Source: Gaiellaceae bacterium (GTDB lineage: Bacteria > Actinomycetota > Thermoleophilia > Gaiellales > Gaiellaceae). From it: a stretch of DNA of 64,000 nt. This document shows positions 18,916 to 28,039 of this stretch, one piece after another. The stretch covers positions 3,278-67,277 of the forward strand of contig DASUFC010000061.1 in the NCBI GenBank assembly GCA_036274755.1. The letters run 5' to 3'. The position numbers and the translations under genes were made by a program. Each line of letters opens with the position of its first letter. Positions within the stretch are counted from its first letter, which is position 1. A model generated the notes under the pieces. The model saw nothing but the letters and a program-made list of their open reading frames with translations, made no database searches and had not been told where the DNA came from.

Positions 18916-20172
18916 ATGGTGACCGACGTCTTCGGGGATGCGACGCGCGGCGAGTCCTGGGCTGCAGTTCAGCTGACGGTCGAAGACGACCGCATCCTCG
19001 CCGCGGACGCGCCGGGTATCGACCACGAGCTCGAAGGCCTGACGCTTCTCGAGGCTGCACGTGTCGGCGGCGACCCGCTTGCCGTCGAGGCGCTCGCGTC
19101 GGCACTCGGTCAGGTCTTTCGTGCGGAGCCCCGACCCGGCCGTGTCGCCGTCGCGATGAGCGGTGGGGTCGACAGTGCCGTCGCGCTCCTGCGTGCCGGC
19201 CCGAACGCGCTCGGGGTCACGCTCCGCCTGTGGCAGGACCCGGCCGCTCCGGATACGGAGCGCGCATGCTGCTCTCCCGCTGCCGTCTCCGCGGCCCGCC
19301 GAACCTGTCACGACCTCGGTCTCCCGCACGTGACGCTCGATCTGCGCGAGCGCTTCAAGACGACGATCGTCGACCCGTTCGCGCGAGCATACGAAGCGGG
19401 GGAGACGCCCAACCCGTGCATGCGCTGCAACGGCGCGTTTCGGTTCGACGAGCTCGTGGCGTTCGCGAAGCGTGCAGGGGCGGAGGAGCTGTGGACGGGT
19501 CACTACGCCCGGATCGTCGAGCGGGCCGGGGTGCGGCTCGTCGGCCGCGCCTCCGACCAGCACAAGGACCAGTCGTACATGCTCGCGGCCGTCGAGCCTG
19601 CCCTGCTCGAGAGCGTCTGCTTCCCGCTGGGCGAGCAGACGAAGGCGCAGACGCGAGACGAGGCGGTTGCAGCCGGCCTGGCGGCCGCGCGCCGGCTCGA
19701 GAGCCAGGAGGCGTGCTTCCTCGGCGGCGACGACTACAGATCGTTCCTCGAGCGTCAGGGAGTGCGCGCGGAGCCCGGTGCGATCGTCGATCCGACCGGA
19801 GCGCGCGTGGGCACGCACTCGGGGCACTGGCGCTACACGACCGGTCAGCGTCGAGGCCTCGACGTGAACGCGGTTCGGCCGCTCTACGTGCTACGGACCG
19901 ATGCCGCCGCAAACACCGTCGTCGTAGGCCCCCGCGACGAGCTCGCCGTGACGTCGATCCGTGCGACCGGCCGGACGTACCTCCCGGTGGAGCGGGCCGA
20001 GGTGAAGGTACGCCATCGCTCCGACCCGGTCCCAGCGCGAGTGAGCCAGGAAGAGGACGGCTTCTCCGTCGAGCTCGACGAGCCCGCGTACGGGGTCGCG
20101 CGCGGGCAGTTCGCCGTCCTCTACGACGACGGCGTAGTGGTCGGCGCGGGCGCGATCACGGACGTTGCCTGA
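18916..20172 (+). CDS. mnmA: tRNA 2-thiouridine(34) synthase MnmA with about 73-aa N-terminal extension
   Basis: 418 aa. PP-loop VAVAMSGGVDSAV starts at residue 76. Also ACCSP, NPCMRCNGAFRF, DQSYML. The N-terminal 73 aa have coding-like GC3. Confidence 0.9.
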   Translation: MVTDVFGDATRGESWAAVQLTVEDDRILAADAPGIDHELEGLTLLEAARVGGDPLAVEALASALGQVFRAEPRPGRVAVAMSGGVDSAVALLRAGPNALGVTLRLWQDPAAPDTERACCSPAAVSAARRTCHDLGLPHVTLDLRERFKTTIVDPFARAYEAGETPNPCMRCNGAFRFDELVAFAKRAGAEELWTGHYARIVERAGVRLVGRASDQHKDQSYMLAAVEPALLESVCFPLGEQTKAQTRDEAVAAGLAAARRLESQEACFLGGDDYRSFLERQGVRAEPGAIVDPTGARVGTHSGHWRYTTGQRRGLDVNAVRPLYVLRTDAAANTVVVGPRDELAVTSIRATGRTYLPVERAEVKVRHRSDPVPARVSQEEDGFSVELDEPAYGVARGQFAVLYDDGVVVGAGAITDVA

Positions 20173-20196
20173 AGCGAGCATCTAGGATCCGCCTCG

Positions 20197-20685
20197 ATGA
20201 CCCTGCTCGCGACCTCGGCCGGCGACATCCTCGACTACGCCCTCGCGGCGTTCTTCATCGCGAGCGGGCTCGGCTTGCTCTACCTCTTCATCCGCATGGG
20301 CGGGACGTTCGGCCGGCTCTCGTCGTTCATCAAGGGCTCCGAGCGTGACCTCCTTCCCGTGATCGTGAAGGCGGGCGGCACCGTCGACCGGGTGAACGAC
20401 CAGCTCGACAAGCTCGACGTGGTGACTGACAGCGCCGTCTCGATGGCCGACAGCGCCGACACCGCCGTCCGGGCCGTTTCGACGGCGATCACCACGCCGG
20501 TGAAGAAGGTGAGCGGGTTCGCCGCAGGCGTGTCGCACGGCGTCTCCGCGTTCCGCTCGCGCCGCGACGCGGGCGAGGCGGTGCGTGTCGCCAAGGAGGC
20601 CGCCGCGCGCAGGGAGAGCGAGCTCGACGAGGAGCTTCGAAACGCGGGCCAGTCCGAGCCCGAGCCGCCGCCTCCGGCGGCGTAG
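20197..20685 (+). CDS. DUF948-like membrane-anchored coiled-coil protein
   Basis: 162 aa. N-terminal TM helix is followed by helical repeats (VIVKAGGTVDRVNDQLDKLDVVTDSA...). Typical position upstream of alaS in Gram-positives. Confidence 0.7.
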   Translation: MTLLATSAGDILDYALAAFFIASGLGLLYLFIRMGGTFGRLSSFIKGSERDLLPVIVKAGGTVDRVNDQLDKLDVVTDSAVSMADSADTAVRAVSTAITTPVKKVSGFAAGVSHGVSAFRSRRDAGEAVRVAKEAAARRESELDEELRNAGQSEPEPPPPAA

Positions 20686-20725
20686 CGCCTCCGAGCCACT
20701 TCGACCTCGCTCGTAGAATCTCGGG

Positions 20726-23263
20726 ATGCGGACGACCGCCGAGCTTCGCGAGGGCTTCCTCTCGTTCTTCGAGGAGCGAGGCCATCTGCGCTGTCCGTCG
20801 TACTCGCTCGTCCCCCGCGCTGGGGACGACTCGACGCTCCTGACCACTGCCGGGATGCACCCGCAGATGCCGTTCTTCCTCGGCCTCGAGCCGCCGCCGG
20901 CGCTGCTGACGACGACCTCCCAGAAGTGCTTCCGCACGGTGGACATCGACGAGGTCGGCCTCGACGGCCACCACCTCACGTTCTTCGAGATGCTCGGCAA
21001 CTTCTCGTTCGGGCAGTACTTCAAGGAGGGCGCCATCGCGTTCGCCCGCGAGTTCGTGCTCGACCACATGAAGCTCGACTGGGACCGCATCTGGGTGACC
21101 GTGCACGCGGGCGATCCCGTCATGAAGCTCGGCCCCGACGAGGTCGCGATCGATCTCTGGCAGAAGGCGGGAATGCCGATCGAGCGGATCGTGCCGCTGC
21201 CGACCTCCGAGAACTTCTGGTCGGTCGGCGGCCCGGGGCCGTGCGGCCCCGACTCGGAGATCTACTGGGACTGGGGCGCCGAGTACGGCTGCGGCGAGCC
21301 CGACTGTGCGCCGGCTTGCACGCGCTGCGACCGGTTCCTCGAGTTCTGGAACCTCGTGTTCATGGAGTACGAGCAGCACGCCGACGGGACGCTGACGCCG
21401 CTGCCGAAGCAGAACATCGACACGGGCCTCGGCCTCGAGCGCGGTGCGGCGATCCTGCAGGACGTCCGCTCCGTCTACGAGACCGACGGCTACCAGCGGA
21501 TCATGGACTGGATCGCCGCCGAGTCCGGCGTGGCCTACGGCGACTCGGCCATCGCGACGAAGGCGCATCGCGTGCTCGCCGACCACGGCCGCGGGATGAC
21601 CTTCCTGGTGGGCGACGGAGTGACGCCGTCGAACGAAGGGCGCGGCTACGTGCTTCGCCGCATCATCCGTCGCGCCGTGCAGCAGGCGCAGCGGATCGGG
21701 CTCCACGACGTCCATCGGCTGTCGGGCGTCGTCGCCGAGCAGATGGCCGACGCGTACCCCGAGCTCGTCGAGCGGACGGACGAGATCGAGCGCATCGTGC
21801 GGGTCGAGGAGGAGCGCTTCCTCGAGACGCTCGAGCGCGGGCTCAAGCTGTTCGAGGAGCTCGGCTCCGATGCCGCGATCAGCGGAGAGCAGGCGTTCAC
21901 GCTCGCCGCGACGTACGGCTTCCCGCTCGAGCTCACGGTCGAGCTCGCGGAGGAACGCGGGCAGCCCGTCGACGTCGACGGCTACCGGGTCGCGATGGAG
22001 CGCCACCGCGAGGTCTCGCGCGCGGGCGGCTCGACCGAGCTCGACCGTGCATCCGAGTTCGCGCGCTCGGCCGGCTTCGTGACCGAGTTCGTCGGCTACG
22101 CCAAGACGGATGTGCTCACGCAGATCGGCGCGCTCGAGGAGCTCGAGGGAGATCTCTTTCTCGCGAAGCTTCGCGAGTCGCCGTTCTATCCCGCCGGCGG
22201 TGGTCAGGTCACGGATGCCGGGACGATCGAGCTCGACGACGACTCGGACACGACCGCCGACCTCGTGCAGGCGTATCGCCTCGACGGCGATCAGGCGCTC
22301 GTCTTCCGAGGCACCGGATTCGCCGAAGGCGACCGTGTGCGGGCGCGGGTCCCCTGGACCGTTCGCTTCCCGACGATGGCGAACCACACGGGCACGCACC
22401 TCCTGCATCAGGCACTGCGCGACGTCCTCGGCGATCACGTGCACCAGGCGGGCTCCGCAGTGCGGCCGGACAAGCTCCGCTTCGACTTCACCCACGACCG
22501 GGCGCTGAGCAGCGAGGAGCGCGACGCAGTCGAGCGACGCGTCAACGAGCTCGTCTTCGAGAACCGCCCCGTGCACGTCTTCGAGACGCCGATCGAAGAG
22601 GCTCGACGCCTCGGCGCGACCATGCTCTTCGGCGAGAAGTACGGCGACATCGTGCGCGTGGTCGAGGTGCCCGGCTACTCGATCGAGCTCTGCGGGGGCA
22701 CGCACGTGACGTCGACCGCGGAGATCGGGCCGTTCGTGCTCCTCTCCGAGAGCTCCGTCGGTTCGGGGGCCCGCCGCGTGGAGGCGGTCACGTCGGGCGC
22801 CGCGTGGGCCGTCCTCGACGAGCGTGCGCGCGAGCTCGAGTCGCTGCGCAGCGAGCTCGAGCAGCTTCGGAAGGCGCCGAGGGTCGCGGCCGCCGCCGAG
22901 CAGAGGGCCGACGTGCCGGAGCCGGAGATCCGCGTCGAGAGCGACGTGAACGTCATCGTGCAGCCGGTCGACGGCCTCGCCGCGGACGAGCTCCTCGAGC
23001 TGTCCGACCGCTACAAGCAGAAGCACGCGCCGGCCGCGGTCGTGCTGGGCTCGCGGGAGGACGGCAAAGTGCACCTCGTCGCGAACTTCGACGACTCGGT
23101 CGCGACCCGCGTCAGCGCGTCCGACGTCGTACGGAGCGCGGCTGCGATCGTCGGCGGCGGCGGAGGCGGTCGTCCAAACATGGCACGTGCCGGGGGCAAG
23201 GATCCCGAGAAGCTTCCGGACGCGCTCGCCGAGGCCGAACGCCTGATCGTCGCCGCCCTGTGA
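20726..23263 (+). CDS. alaS: Alanine--tRNA ligase
   Basis: 845 aa. Motifs: FFEERGH, FEMLGNFSFGQYFK, WNLVFMEY, editing-domain HTGTHLLH and CGGTH. Confidence 0.97.
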   Translation: MRTTAELREGFLSFFEERGHLRCPSYSLVPRAGDDSTLLTTAGMHPQMPFFLGLEPPPALLTTTSQKCFRTVDIDEVGLDGHHLTFFEMLGNFSFGQYFKEGAIAFAREFVLDHMKLDWDRIWVTVHAGDPVMKLGPDEVAIDLWQKAGMPIERIVPLPTSENFWSVGGPGPCGPDSEIYWDWGAEYGCGEPDCAPACTRCDRFLEFWNLVFMEYEQHADGTLTPLPKQNIDTGLGLERGAAILQDVRSVYETDGYQRIMDWIAAESGVAYGDSAIATKAHRVLADHGRGMTFLVGDGVTPSNEGRGYVLRRIIRRAVQQAQRIGLHDVHRLSGVVAEQMADAYPELVERTDEIERIVRVEEERFLETLERGLKLFEELGSDAAISGEQAFTLAATYGFPLELTVELAEERGQPVDVDGYRVAMERHREVSRAGGSTELDRASEFARSAGFVTEFVGYAKTDVLTQIGALEELEGDLFLAKLRESPFYPAGGGQVTDAGTIELDDDSDTTADLVQAYRLDGDQALVFRGTGFAEGDRVRARVPWTVRFPTMANHTGTHLLHQALRDVLGDHVHQAGSAVRPDKLRFDFTHDRALSSEERDAVERRVNELVFENRPVHVFETPIEEARRLGATMLFGEKYGDIVRVVEVPGYSIELCGGTHVTSTAEIGPFVLLSESSVGSGARRVEAVTSGAAWAVLDERARELESLRSELEQLRKAPRVAAAAEQRADVPEPEIRVESDVNVIVQPVDGLAADELLELSDRYKQKHAPAAVVLGSREDGKVHLVANFDDSVATRVSASDVVRSAAAIVGGGGGGRPNMARAGGKDPEKLPDALAEAERLIVAAL

Positions 23264-23649
23264 GGGTGCTCGCGCTCGACTATGGCGCCGCGCGCACCGG
23301 CGTTGCGATCTCGGATGCGACGGGGACGATCGCGCGTCCGGTGGAGGTCGTCGAGCGCGCTGCCACCGCCGACGGCCTGGCAAGGCTGCGAGCGATCGTG
23401 CACGACGAGGAGGTCGAGCTCGTCGTCGTCGGGCTGCCGCTGACGCTGCGGGGCGAGCTCGGCGCGCAGGCGCAGGAGACGCAGGCGTTCGTCGAGGCGC
23501 TGCGCGCGGAGATCTCCGTTCCCGTGGAGACGTACGACGAGCGGTTCACGACCACGCTCGCCGCCGGGGCTGGGGGTGTCGCGGACGAGGACGCGCGGGC
23601 GGCCGCCCACCTCCTCGAGGGCTATCTCAGGCGCGCGGGCGGGGCATGA
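23260..23649 (+). CDS. ruvX: Holliday junction resolvase-like pre-16S rRNA nuclease RuvX/YqgF
   Basis: GTG at 23260 (GTGA overlap with alaS). Motifs: VLALDYGAARTGVAISD, VVGLPLTLRGE, DERFTT. Confidence 0.85.
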   Translation: MRVLALDYGAARTGVAISDATGTIARPVEVVERAATADGLARLRAIVHDEEVELVVVGLPLTLRGELGAQAQETQAFVEALRAEISVPVETYDERFTTTLAAGAGGVADEDARAAAHLLEGYLRRAGGA

Positions 23650-24479
23650 GGTTCCTGCTCGCACTCGTCGTGCTGCTCGCGGTGCTCGCGGCCGCGGGCT
23701 GCTCGGGTGGCGAAGACGACCCCGAGCCCGTCGTCACGACGCCGCCCCTGGCGCGGCTCCGCATCATCTTCCCCGAAGGGTTCACCCGCCGCGACATGGC
23801 CGACCGGGTCGCGGCCGTCCGCCAGATCGCGATCGACAAGCGCGGCGTCACACCGCGGCTGACGCGCGCCGGCTACCTGGCTGCGAGCGGCGTCGCCGTA
23901 CCTCCGGCCGAGTTCCGCAAGGACTGGAAGCTGAGCTCGATCGAGGGGTTCCTCTTCCCGGCGACCTACGAGTTCACGAAGCTGACCTCCTCGGCGCGCC
24001 TCGTTCGCGACCAGCTCACGACCTTTCGAAAAAACTGGCGGAAGGTCGACATGCGGTACGCGCGCTCGAAGAACCTCACGCCGTACGACGTTCTCATCAT
24101 CGCGTCGATGATCGAGAAGGAGGCGGTCGTTCCGGCCGAGCGCAAGCTCGTCGCGGCCGTGGTGTACAACCGCTTGCGAAACGGCATGCCGCTCGGGATC
24201 GACGCAACCATCCGCTACGGGCGCGACGTCCCCGGGACGGAGCCGCTCAGGACGTCCGACCTCGAGAGCGACGACCCGTTCAACACGCGGAAGCGCCTCG
24301 GGCTTCCGCCGACGCCGATCTCGAACCCGGGCCTCGCGTCCATGCGCGCCGCGGCGCATCCAGCGCAGGTCGACTACCTCTACTACGTGCGCAGGCCCGA
24401 CGGCGTCCATCACTTCTTCACGGCGAGCTCCGCCGAGTTCTGTCAGCGCTCACTGGAGTACGGCTACGGCGGTTGTTGA
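23646..24479 (+). CDS. mltG: Endolytic murein transglycosylase MltG (YceG-like), lipoprotein-type signal
   Basis: 277 aa. ATGA overlap with ruvX. Lipobox-type signal LAAAGC. Motifs: EGFLFPATYEF, LIIASMIEKEA, VVYNRL, LGIDATIRYG, FNTRKRLGLPPTPISNPG. Confidence 0.9.
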   Translation: MRFLLALVVLLAVLAAAGCSGGEDDPEPVVTTPPLARLRIIFPEGFTRRDMADRVAAVRQIAIDKRGVTPRLTRAGYLAASGVAVPPAEFRKDWKLSSIEGFLFPATYEFTKLTSSARLVRDQLTTFRKNWRKVDMRYARSKNLTPYDVLIIASMIEKEAVVPAERKLVAAVVYNRLRNGMPLGIDATIRYGRDVPGTEPLRTSDLESDDPFNTRKRLGLPPTPISNPGLASMRAAAHPAQVDYLYYVRRPDGVHHFFTASSAEFCQRSLEYGYGGC

Positions 24480-24480
24480 C

Positions 24481-25161
24481 ATCTCCGGAGCCACGCGGCT
24501 CGTCGGGATCATCGGGTGGCCGGTCGCGCACTCGTTGTCGCCTCGCATGCACAACGCCGCGTTCGCGGCGCTCGGCCTCGACTGGGCCTACGTCGCGCTG
24601 CCAACGCCCCCCGAGCAACTCGGGGACGCTGTCCGAGGCCTGCCCGCCCTCGGCTTCGCCGGTGTGAACGTCACGACGCCGCACAAGCGCGCCGTCGCCG
24701 GCCTGTGCGACGCCGACGTTCCCTCCGTCAACACGCTCCTGATCCACGACGGGCGCGTCGGCGGCTACTCGACGGACGTCGCAATCCTCGAGAGCGTCCC
24801 GCACGAGCGCCCCGTCGTGCTCGGCGACGGCGGGACGGCAGCGGCCTTCATGCACGCGCTTCCGCATGCGTCTCAGTTCTCCCGTCGGGGTAGCTGGCCG
24901 CCCGACCTCTCCGGCGCCGATCTCGTGGTGAACGCGACGTCCGAGCGCGAGGCGATCGTGGCCGGGCTGACCAGTGGTCAGACCCTGATCGACCTCCCGT
25001 ACCCGGAGACCGCGACTGCCGCCGCCGCACGGGACGCGGGCGCGCACGTCGTCACGGGGCTCGACGTCCTCGTCGCGCAGGGCGCGGCGTCGTTCGAGCT
25101 CTGGACGGGCGTTTCGGCACCCGTGGACGTCATGCGGCGAGCCGTAGGCTTACCCGCGTGA
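24481..25161 (+). CDS. aroE: Shikimate dehydrogenase; conserved N-terminus lies upstream of the first canonical start
   Basis: The ORF track starts at TTG 24535 (MSPRMHNAAF). The same frame, open upstream, encodes ISGATRLVGIIGWPVAHSLSP. That stretch holds the substrate-binding G.P..HS.SP motif but contains no ATG, GTG or TTG. ATC at 24481 (or 24508/24511) is proposed as the initiator. Also VLGDGGTAAA (NADP loop) and VLVAQGAASFELWTG. Confidence 0.7.
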   Translation: MSGATRLVGIIGWPVAHSLSPRMHNAAFAALGLDWAYVALPTPPEQLGDAVRGLPALGFAGVNVTTPHKRAVAGLCDADVPSVNTLLIHDGRVGGYSTDVAILESVPHERPVVLGDGGTAAAFMHALPHASQFSRRGSWPPDLSGADLVVNATSEREAIVAGLTSGQTLIDLPYPETATAAAARDAGAHVVTGLDVLVAQGAASFELWTGVSAPVDVMRRAVGLPA

Positions 25162-26255
25162 CGCTCGAGCTCACGACCGCGGGCGAGTCGCACGGGCCTG
25201 CGCTCGTGGCGATCCTCGCCGGCCTGCCGGCGGGCCTGCTCCTGGACGAAGCCGCCATCGCGCGCGACCTCGAGCGCCGACGCCAGGGATACGGCCGCAG
25301 CCCACGCCAGAAGATGGAGGCCGATGAGCTCCAGGTGCTCGCCGGGCTCCGCCACGGGCGCACGCTCGGCACGCCGCTCGCGCTCGTGGTGCCGAACCGC
25401 GACCATGCCAACTGGACGTGGGGGATGAGCCCGTGGCCGCCCGAGGGCGAGCCCGAGGGCAAGGGCACGAAACCCGTCACGCTGCCGCGACCCGGTCACG
25501 CCGACCTCGCGGGCGTCCTCAAGTACGGCCATGACGACGTCCGAGACGCGCTCGAGCGCGCGAGCGCCCGGCAGACGGCCGTCCACGTCGCGGCAGGCGC
25601 CGTCGCCAAGCAGCTCCTCGCGGAGATCGGCGTGACCGTGGAGGGGCGCGTCGTCGAGATCGGGGGCGCCGCCACCGACGAAGGCTGGAAAGAGGCGACG
25701 GACGCCGCCCGCGTAGACCGCGACACGCTCGGCGGCATCGTCGAGGTCGTCGCCGAGGGCGTTCCTCCGGGCCTGGGCTCGTACGCCGAGAAGTCTGCGC
25801 GGCTGGACGCCCGGCTGGCGGCGGCGCTCATGGGCATCCAGGCGGTGAAGGGCGTCGAGGTGGGCGACGGGTTTCGGCTCGCGGGCCTGCGCGGATCGGA
25901 CGCGCACGACGAGATCGAGCCGGACCGGACGCGCGCGACGAACAGGGCGGGCGGTATCGAGGGCGGTATCTCGAACGGCGCGGCGATCGTCGTGCGTGCT
26001 GCGATGAAGCCCCTGCCGACACTCATGCGGCCTCTGCGCTCGGTCGACCTCGAGAGTGGCGAACCGGGCGAGGCGCTCGTCGAGCGGAGCGACGTGCAAG
26101 CGGTCGAGGCACTCGCCGTCGTCGCGGAGGCCGCGGTCGCCTGGGAGCTCGCGCGAACCGCGCGCGAGAAGTTCGGCGGGGACGCGCTCGTCGACTTCGT
26201 CTCCGCGCACGCCGCGTACCTCGAACGCATCGCATGGCCGCACGCAACGCCCTAG
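25158..26255 (+). CDS. aroC: Chorismate synthase
   Basis: 365 aa. GTGA overlap with aroE. Motifs: TAGESHGP, RPGHADL, GRSSARETA-like ERASARQTA. Confidence 0.95.
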   Translation: MTLELTTAGESHGPALVAILAGLPAGLLLDEAAIARDLERRRQGYGRSPRQKMEADELQVLAGLRHGRTLGTPLALVVPNRDHANWTWGMSPWPPEGEPEGKGTKPVTLPRPGHADLAGVLKYGHDDVRDALERASARQTAVHVAAGAVAKQLLAEIGVTVEGRVVEIGGAATDEGWKEATDAARVDRDTLGGIVEVVAEGVPPGLGSYAEKSARLDARLAAALMGIQAVKGVEVGDGFRLAGLRGSDAHDEIEPDRTRATNRAGGIEGGISNGAAIVVRAAMKPLPTLMRPLRSVDLESGEPGEALVERSDVQAVEALAVVAEAAVAWELARTAREKFGGDALVDFVSAHAAYLERIAWPHATP

Positions 26256-27598
26256 ACCGCCACCTCGCGCTCGTCGGCTTCATGGGCGCGGGGAAGTCGA
26301 CGCTCGGCCCGCAGCTCGCCGCGCGGCTCGGCCGTGACTTCGTCGAGCTCGACGCCGTGGTCGAGAAGCGCGCCGGCATGACGATCTCCGAGCTGTTCGC
26401 GGCAGACGGCGAGGCGCGCTTCCGGCAGCTGGAGGAGGAGGCCGCGCTCGACGTCCTCGCGGCGCGCACGCCGGCCGTGATCGAGCTCGGGGGAGGCGCG
26501 CTCGGCTCGGAGCGGACTCGGTCCGAACTGCGTGACGGTGCGTTCACGCTCCACCTGGACGTCTCGGCCGAGGACGCCTGGGCTCGCGTGGCCGGGAGCG
26601 CCCGCCCGCTGGCGCGGGATCCCGAGGCGTTCCGGGTTCTCCACGCCGAGCGACAAGCGCTGTACGCCGACGCGGACGCTGTGGCGACGGACCTGGACGG
26701 GGCCGTGCTGGCGGCAGCCGGAATCAGGTTCGGCGACGGCTTCGAGGTGGGCGGCGACGCCGTCGTGGCCGATGCGGGGCTCGCGGCCGTCAACCCGTCG
26801 CTCGACGCGGCACACGTCGTCTCGGCGAAGTCGCTCGCCGAGGCGGAGCGCCTCTGGTCGACGCTCGCGCTCGAGCGCTCGTCCTCGCTCGTCGCCGTCG
26901 GCGGTGGCACGACCACCGACCTCGTCGGGTTCGTCGCGGCGACGTACATGCGCGGGATCGACTGGATCGCCGTGCCCTCGACGCTCGTCGGCCAGGTGGA
27001 CGCTGCCATCGGCGGCAAGACCGGGATCGATCTCGCCGGGAAGAACCTCGTCGGCGCGTTCCACTGGCCCGCCGAGACCGTGATCGACGTCTCGCTCCTC
27101 GACACGCTCCCCGAGGCCGAGGTGCGAAACGGCATGGCCGAGGTCGTGAAGACGGGGCTGCTCGCCGGCGAGGAGCTGTGGGAGCTCGATTCGCGCGAGC
27201 AGGTACGGCGCTGCGCCGCGTACAAGGCGGCTGTGTGCCTGCGCGATCCGCGCGAGCGGGGCGACCGGGCACAGCTCAACCTCGGCCACACGTTCGCGCA
27301 CGCGCTCGAGACGGCGTCCGGCTACTCGGTATCGCACGGCCACGCGGTTGCCCTGGGGCTGCTCGCAGCCCTCCGCCTGTCCGAGCTCGAAGACGAGGCC
27401 GAAATGGTCGATGGGGTCCTCGCGCCCGCACCGGTGGCGGTGGACCGCGACATCGCCTGGGAGGCGCTGCAGCGTGACAAGAAGGTTCGCGACGGACGGG
27501 TGAACCTCGTGCTCCTCGCTGCTCCCGGCGCTCCGCGCATCACGGACGAGCTCGAGCCCGAGCGCGTCCGCGCGGCTCTCGATGCCCTCATCGCGTAG
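26234..27598 (+). CDS. aroKB: Bifunctional shikimate kinase / 3-dehydroquinate synthase
   Basis: 454 aa. N-terminal AroK (LVGFMGAGKSTLG, GGGA). C-terminal AroB (VAVGGGTTTDLVGFVAATYMRGIDWIAVPSTLVGQVDAAIGGKTGIDL, NLGHTFAHALE, HGHAVALG). Confidence 0.9.
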   Translation: MAARNALDRHLALVGFMGAGKSTLGPQLAARLGRDFVELDAVVEKRAGMTISELFAADGEARFRQLEEEAALDVLAARTPAVIELGGGALGSERTRSELRDGAFTLHLDVSAEDAWARVAGSARPLARDPEAFRVLHAERQALYADADAVATDLDGAVLAAAGIRFGDGFEVGGDAVVADAGLAAVNPSLDAAHVVSAKSLAEAERLWSTLALERSSSLVAVGGGTTTDLVGFVAATYMRGIDWIAVPSTLVGQVDAAIGGKTGIDLAGKNLVGAFHWPAETVIDVSLLDTLPEAEVRNGMAEVVKTGLLAGEELWELDSREQVRRCAAYKAAVCLRDPRERGDRAQLNLGHTFAHALETASGYSVSHGHAVALGLLAALRLSELEDEAEMVDGVLAPAPVAVDRDIAWEALQRDKKVRDGRVNLVLLAAPGAPRITDELEPERVRAALDALIA

Positions 27599-27607
27599 GG
27601 TCGTGCG

Positions 27608-28039
27608 ATGCGGATCGCAGTCCTGAACGGCGTCAATCTCGACGAGCTCTCGCGCCGCGATCCCGAGGTGTACGGCGGCGTCGGCCTCTCCGAGCTGGAG
27701 ACGAAGATCTACGAGTGGGCGTCCGAGCTCGAGTGCTCGGCACGCTGCCGCCAGACGAACCACGAGGGTGAGTACGTCGACTGGTGCCACGAGGCGTACG
27801 ACTGGGCCGACGGCGTGGTCGCGAACCCCGGCGCGTGGTCGCACTACTCGTGGGCGATCCGCGACGCGCTCGAGCTCTTCACCGTGCCCGTCGTCGAGGT
27901 TCACCTCTCGAACGTCGCCGATCGCGAGGACTGGCGCAGGTTCTCCGTGCTCGAGGACGTCGCGAGCGCGCGGATCATCGGCAAGGGCGCAGACGGTTAC
28001 CGCGAAGCGCTCGAGTACCTCGTGAAGGGAGCCGCATGA
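27608..28039 (+). CDS. aroQ: Type II 3-dehydroquinate dehydratase
   Basis: 143 aa. Motifs: IAVLNGVNLDEL, QTNHEGE, NPGAWSHYS, VEVHLSNV. Confidence 0.95.
   Translation: MRIAVLNGVNLDELSRRDPEVYGGVGLSELETKIYEWASELECSARCRQTNHEGEYVDWCHEAYDWADGVVANPGAWSHYSWAIRDALELFTVPVVEVHLSNVADREDWRRFSVLEDVASARIIGKGADGYREALEYLVKGAA

Noticed and set aside
20489-23649. 964-aa antisense ORF and 907-aa out-of-frame ORF across alaS; similar shadow ORFs occur across hutU/hutI (10255..12195, 11133..12218), accB/accC (29762..32536), glyQS (51549..53713), ppdK (60122..62650) and aspS (15608..17509)
   Set aside because: They have low-complexity Arg/Asp/Glu/Pro composition. Each fully overlaps a confidently identified housekeeping gene. 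None shows independent coding evidence.
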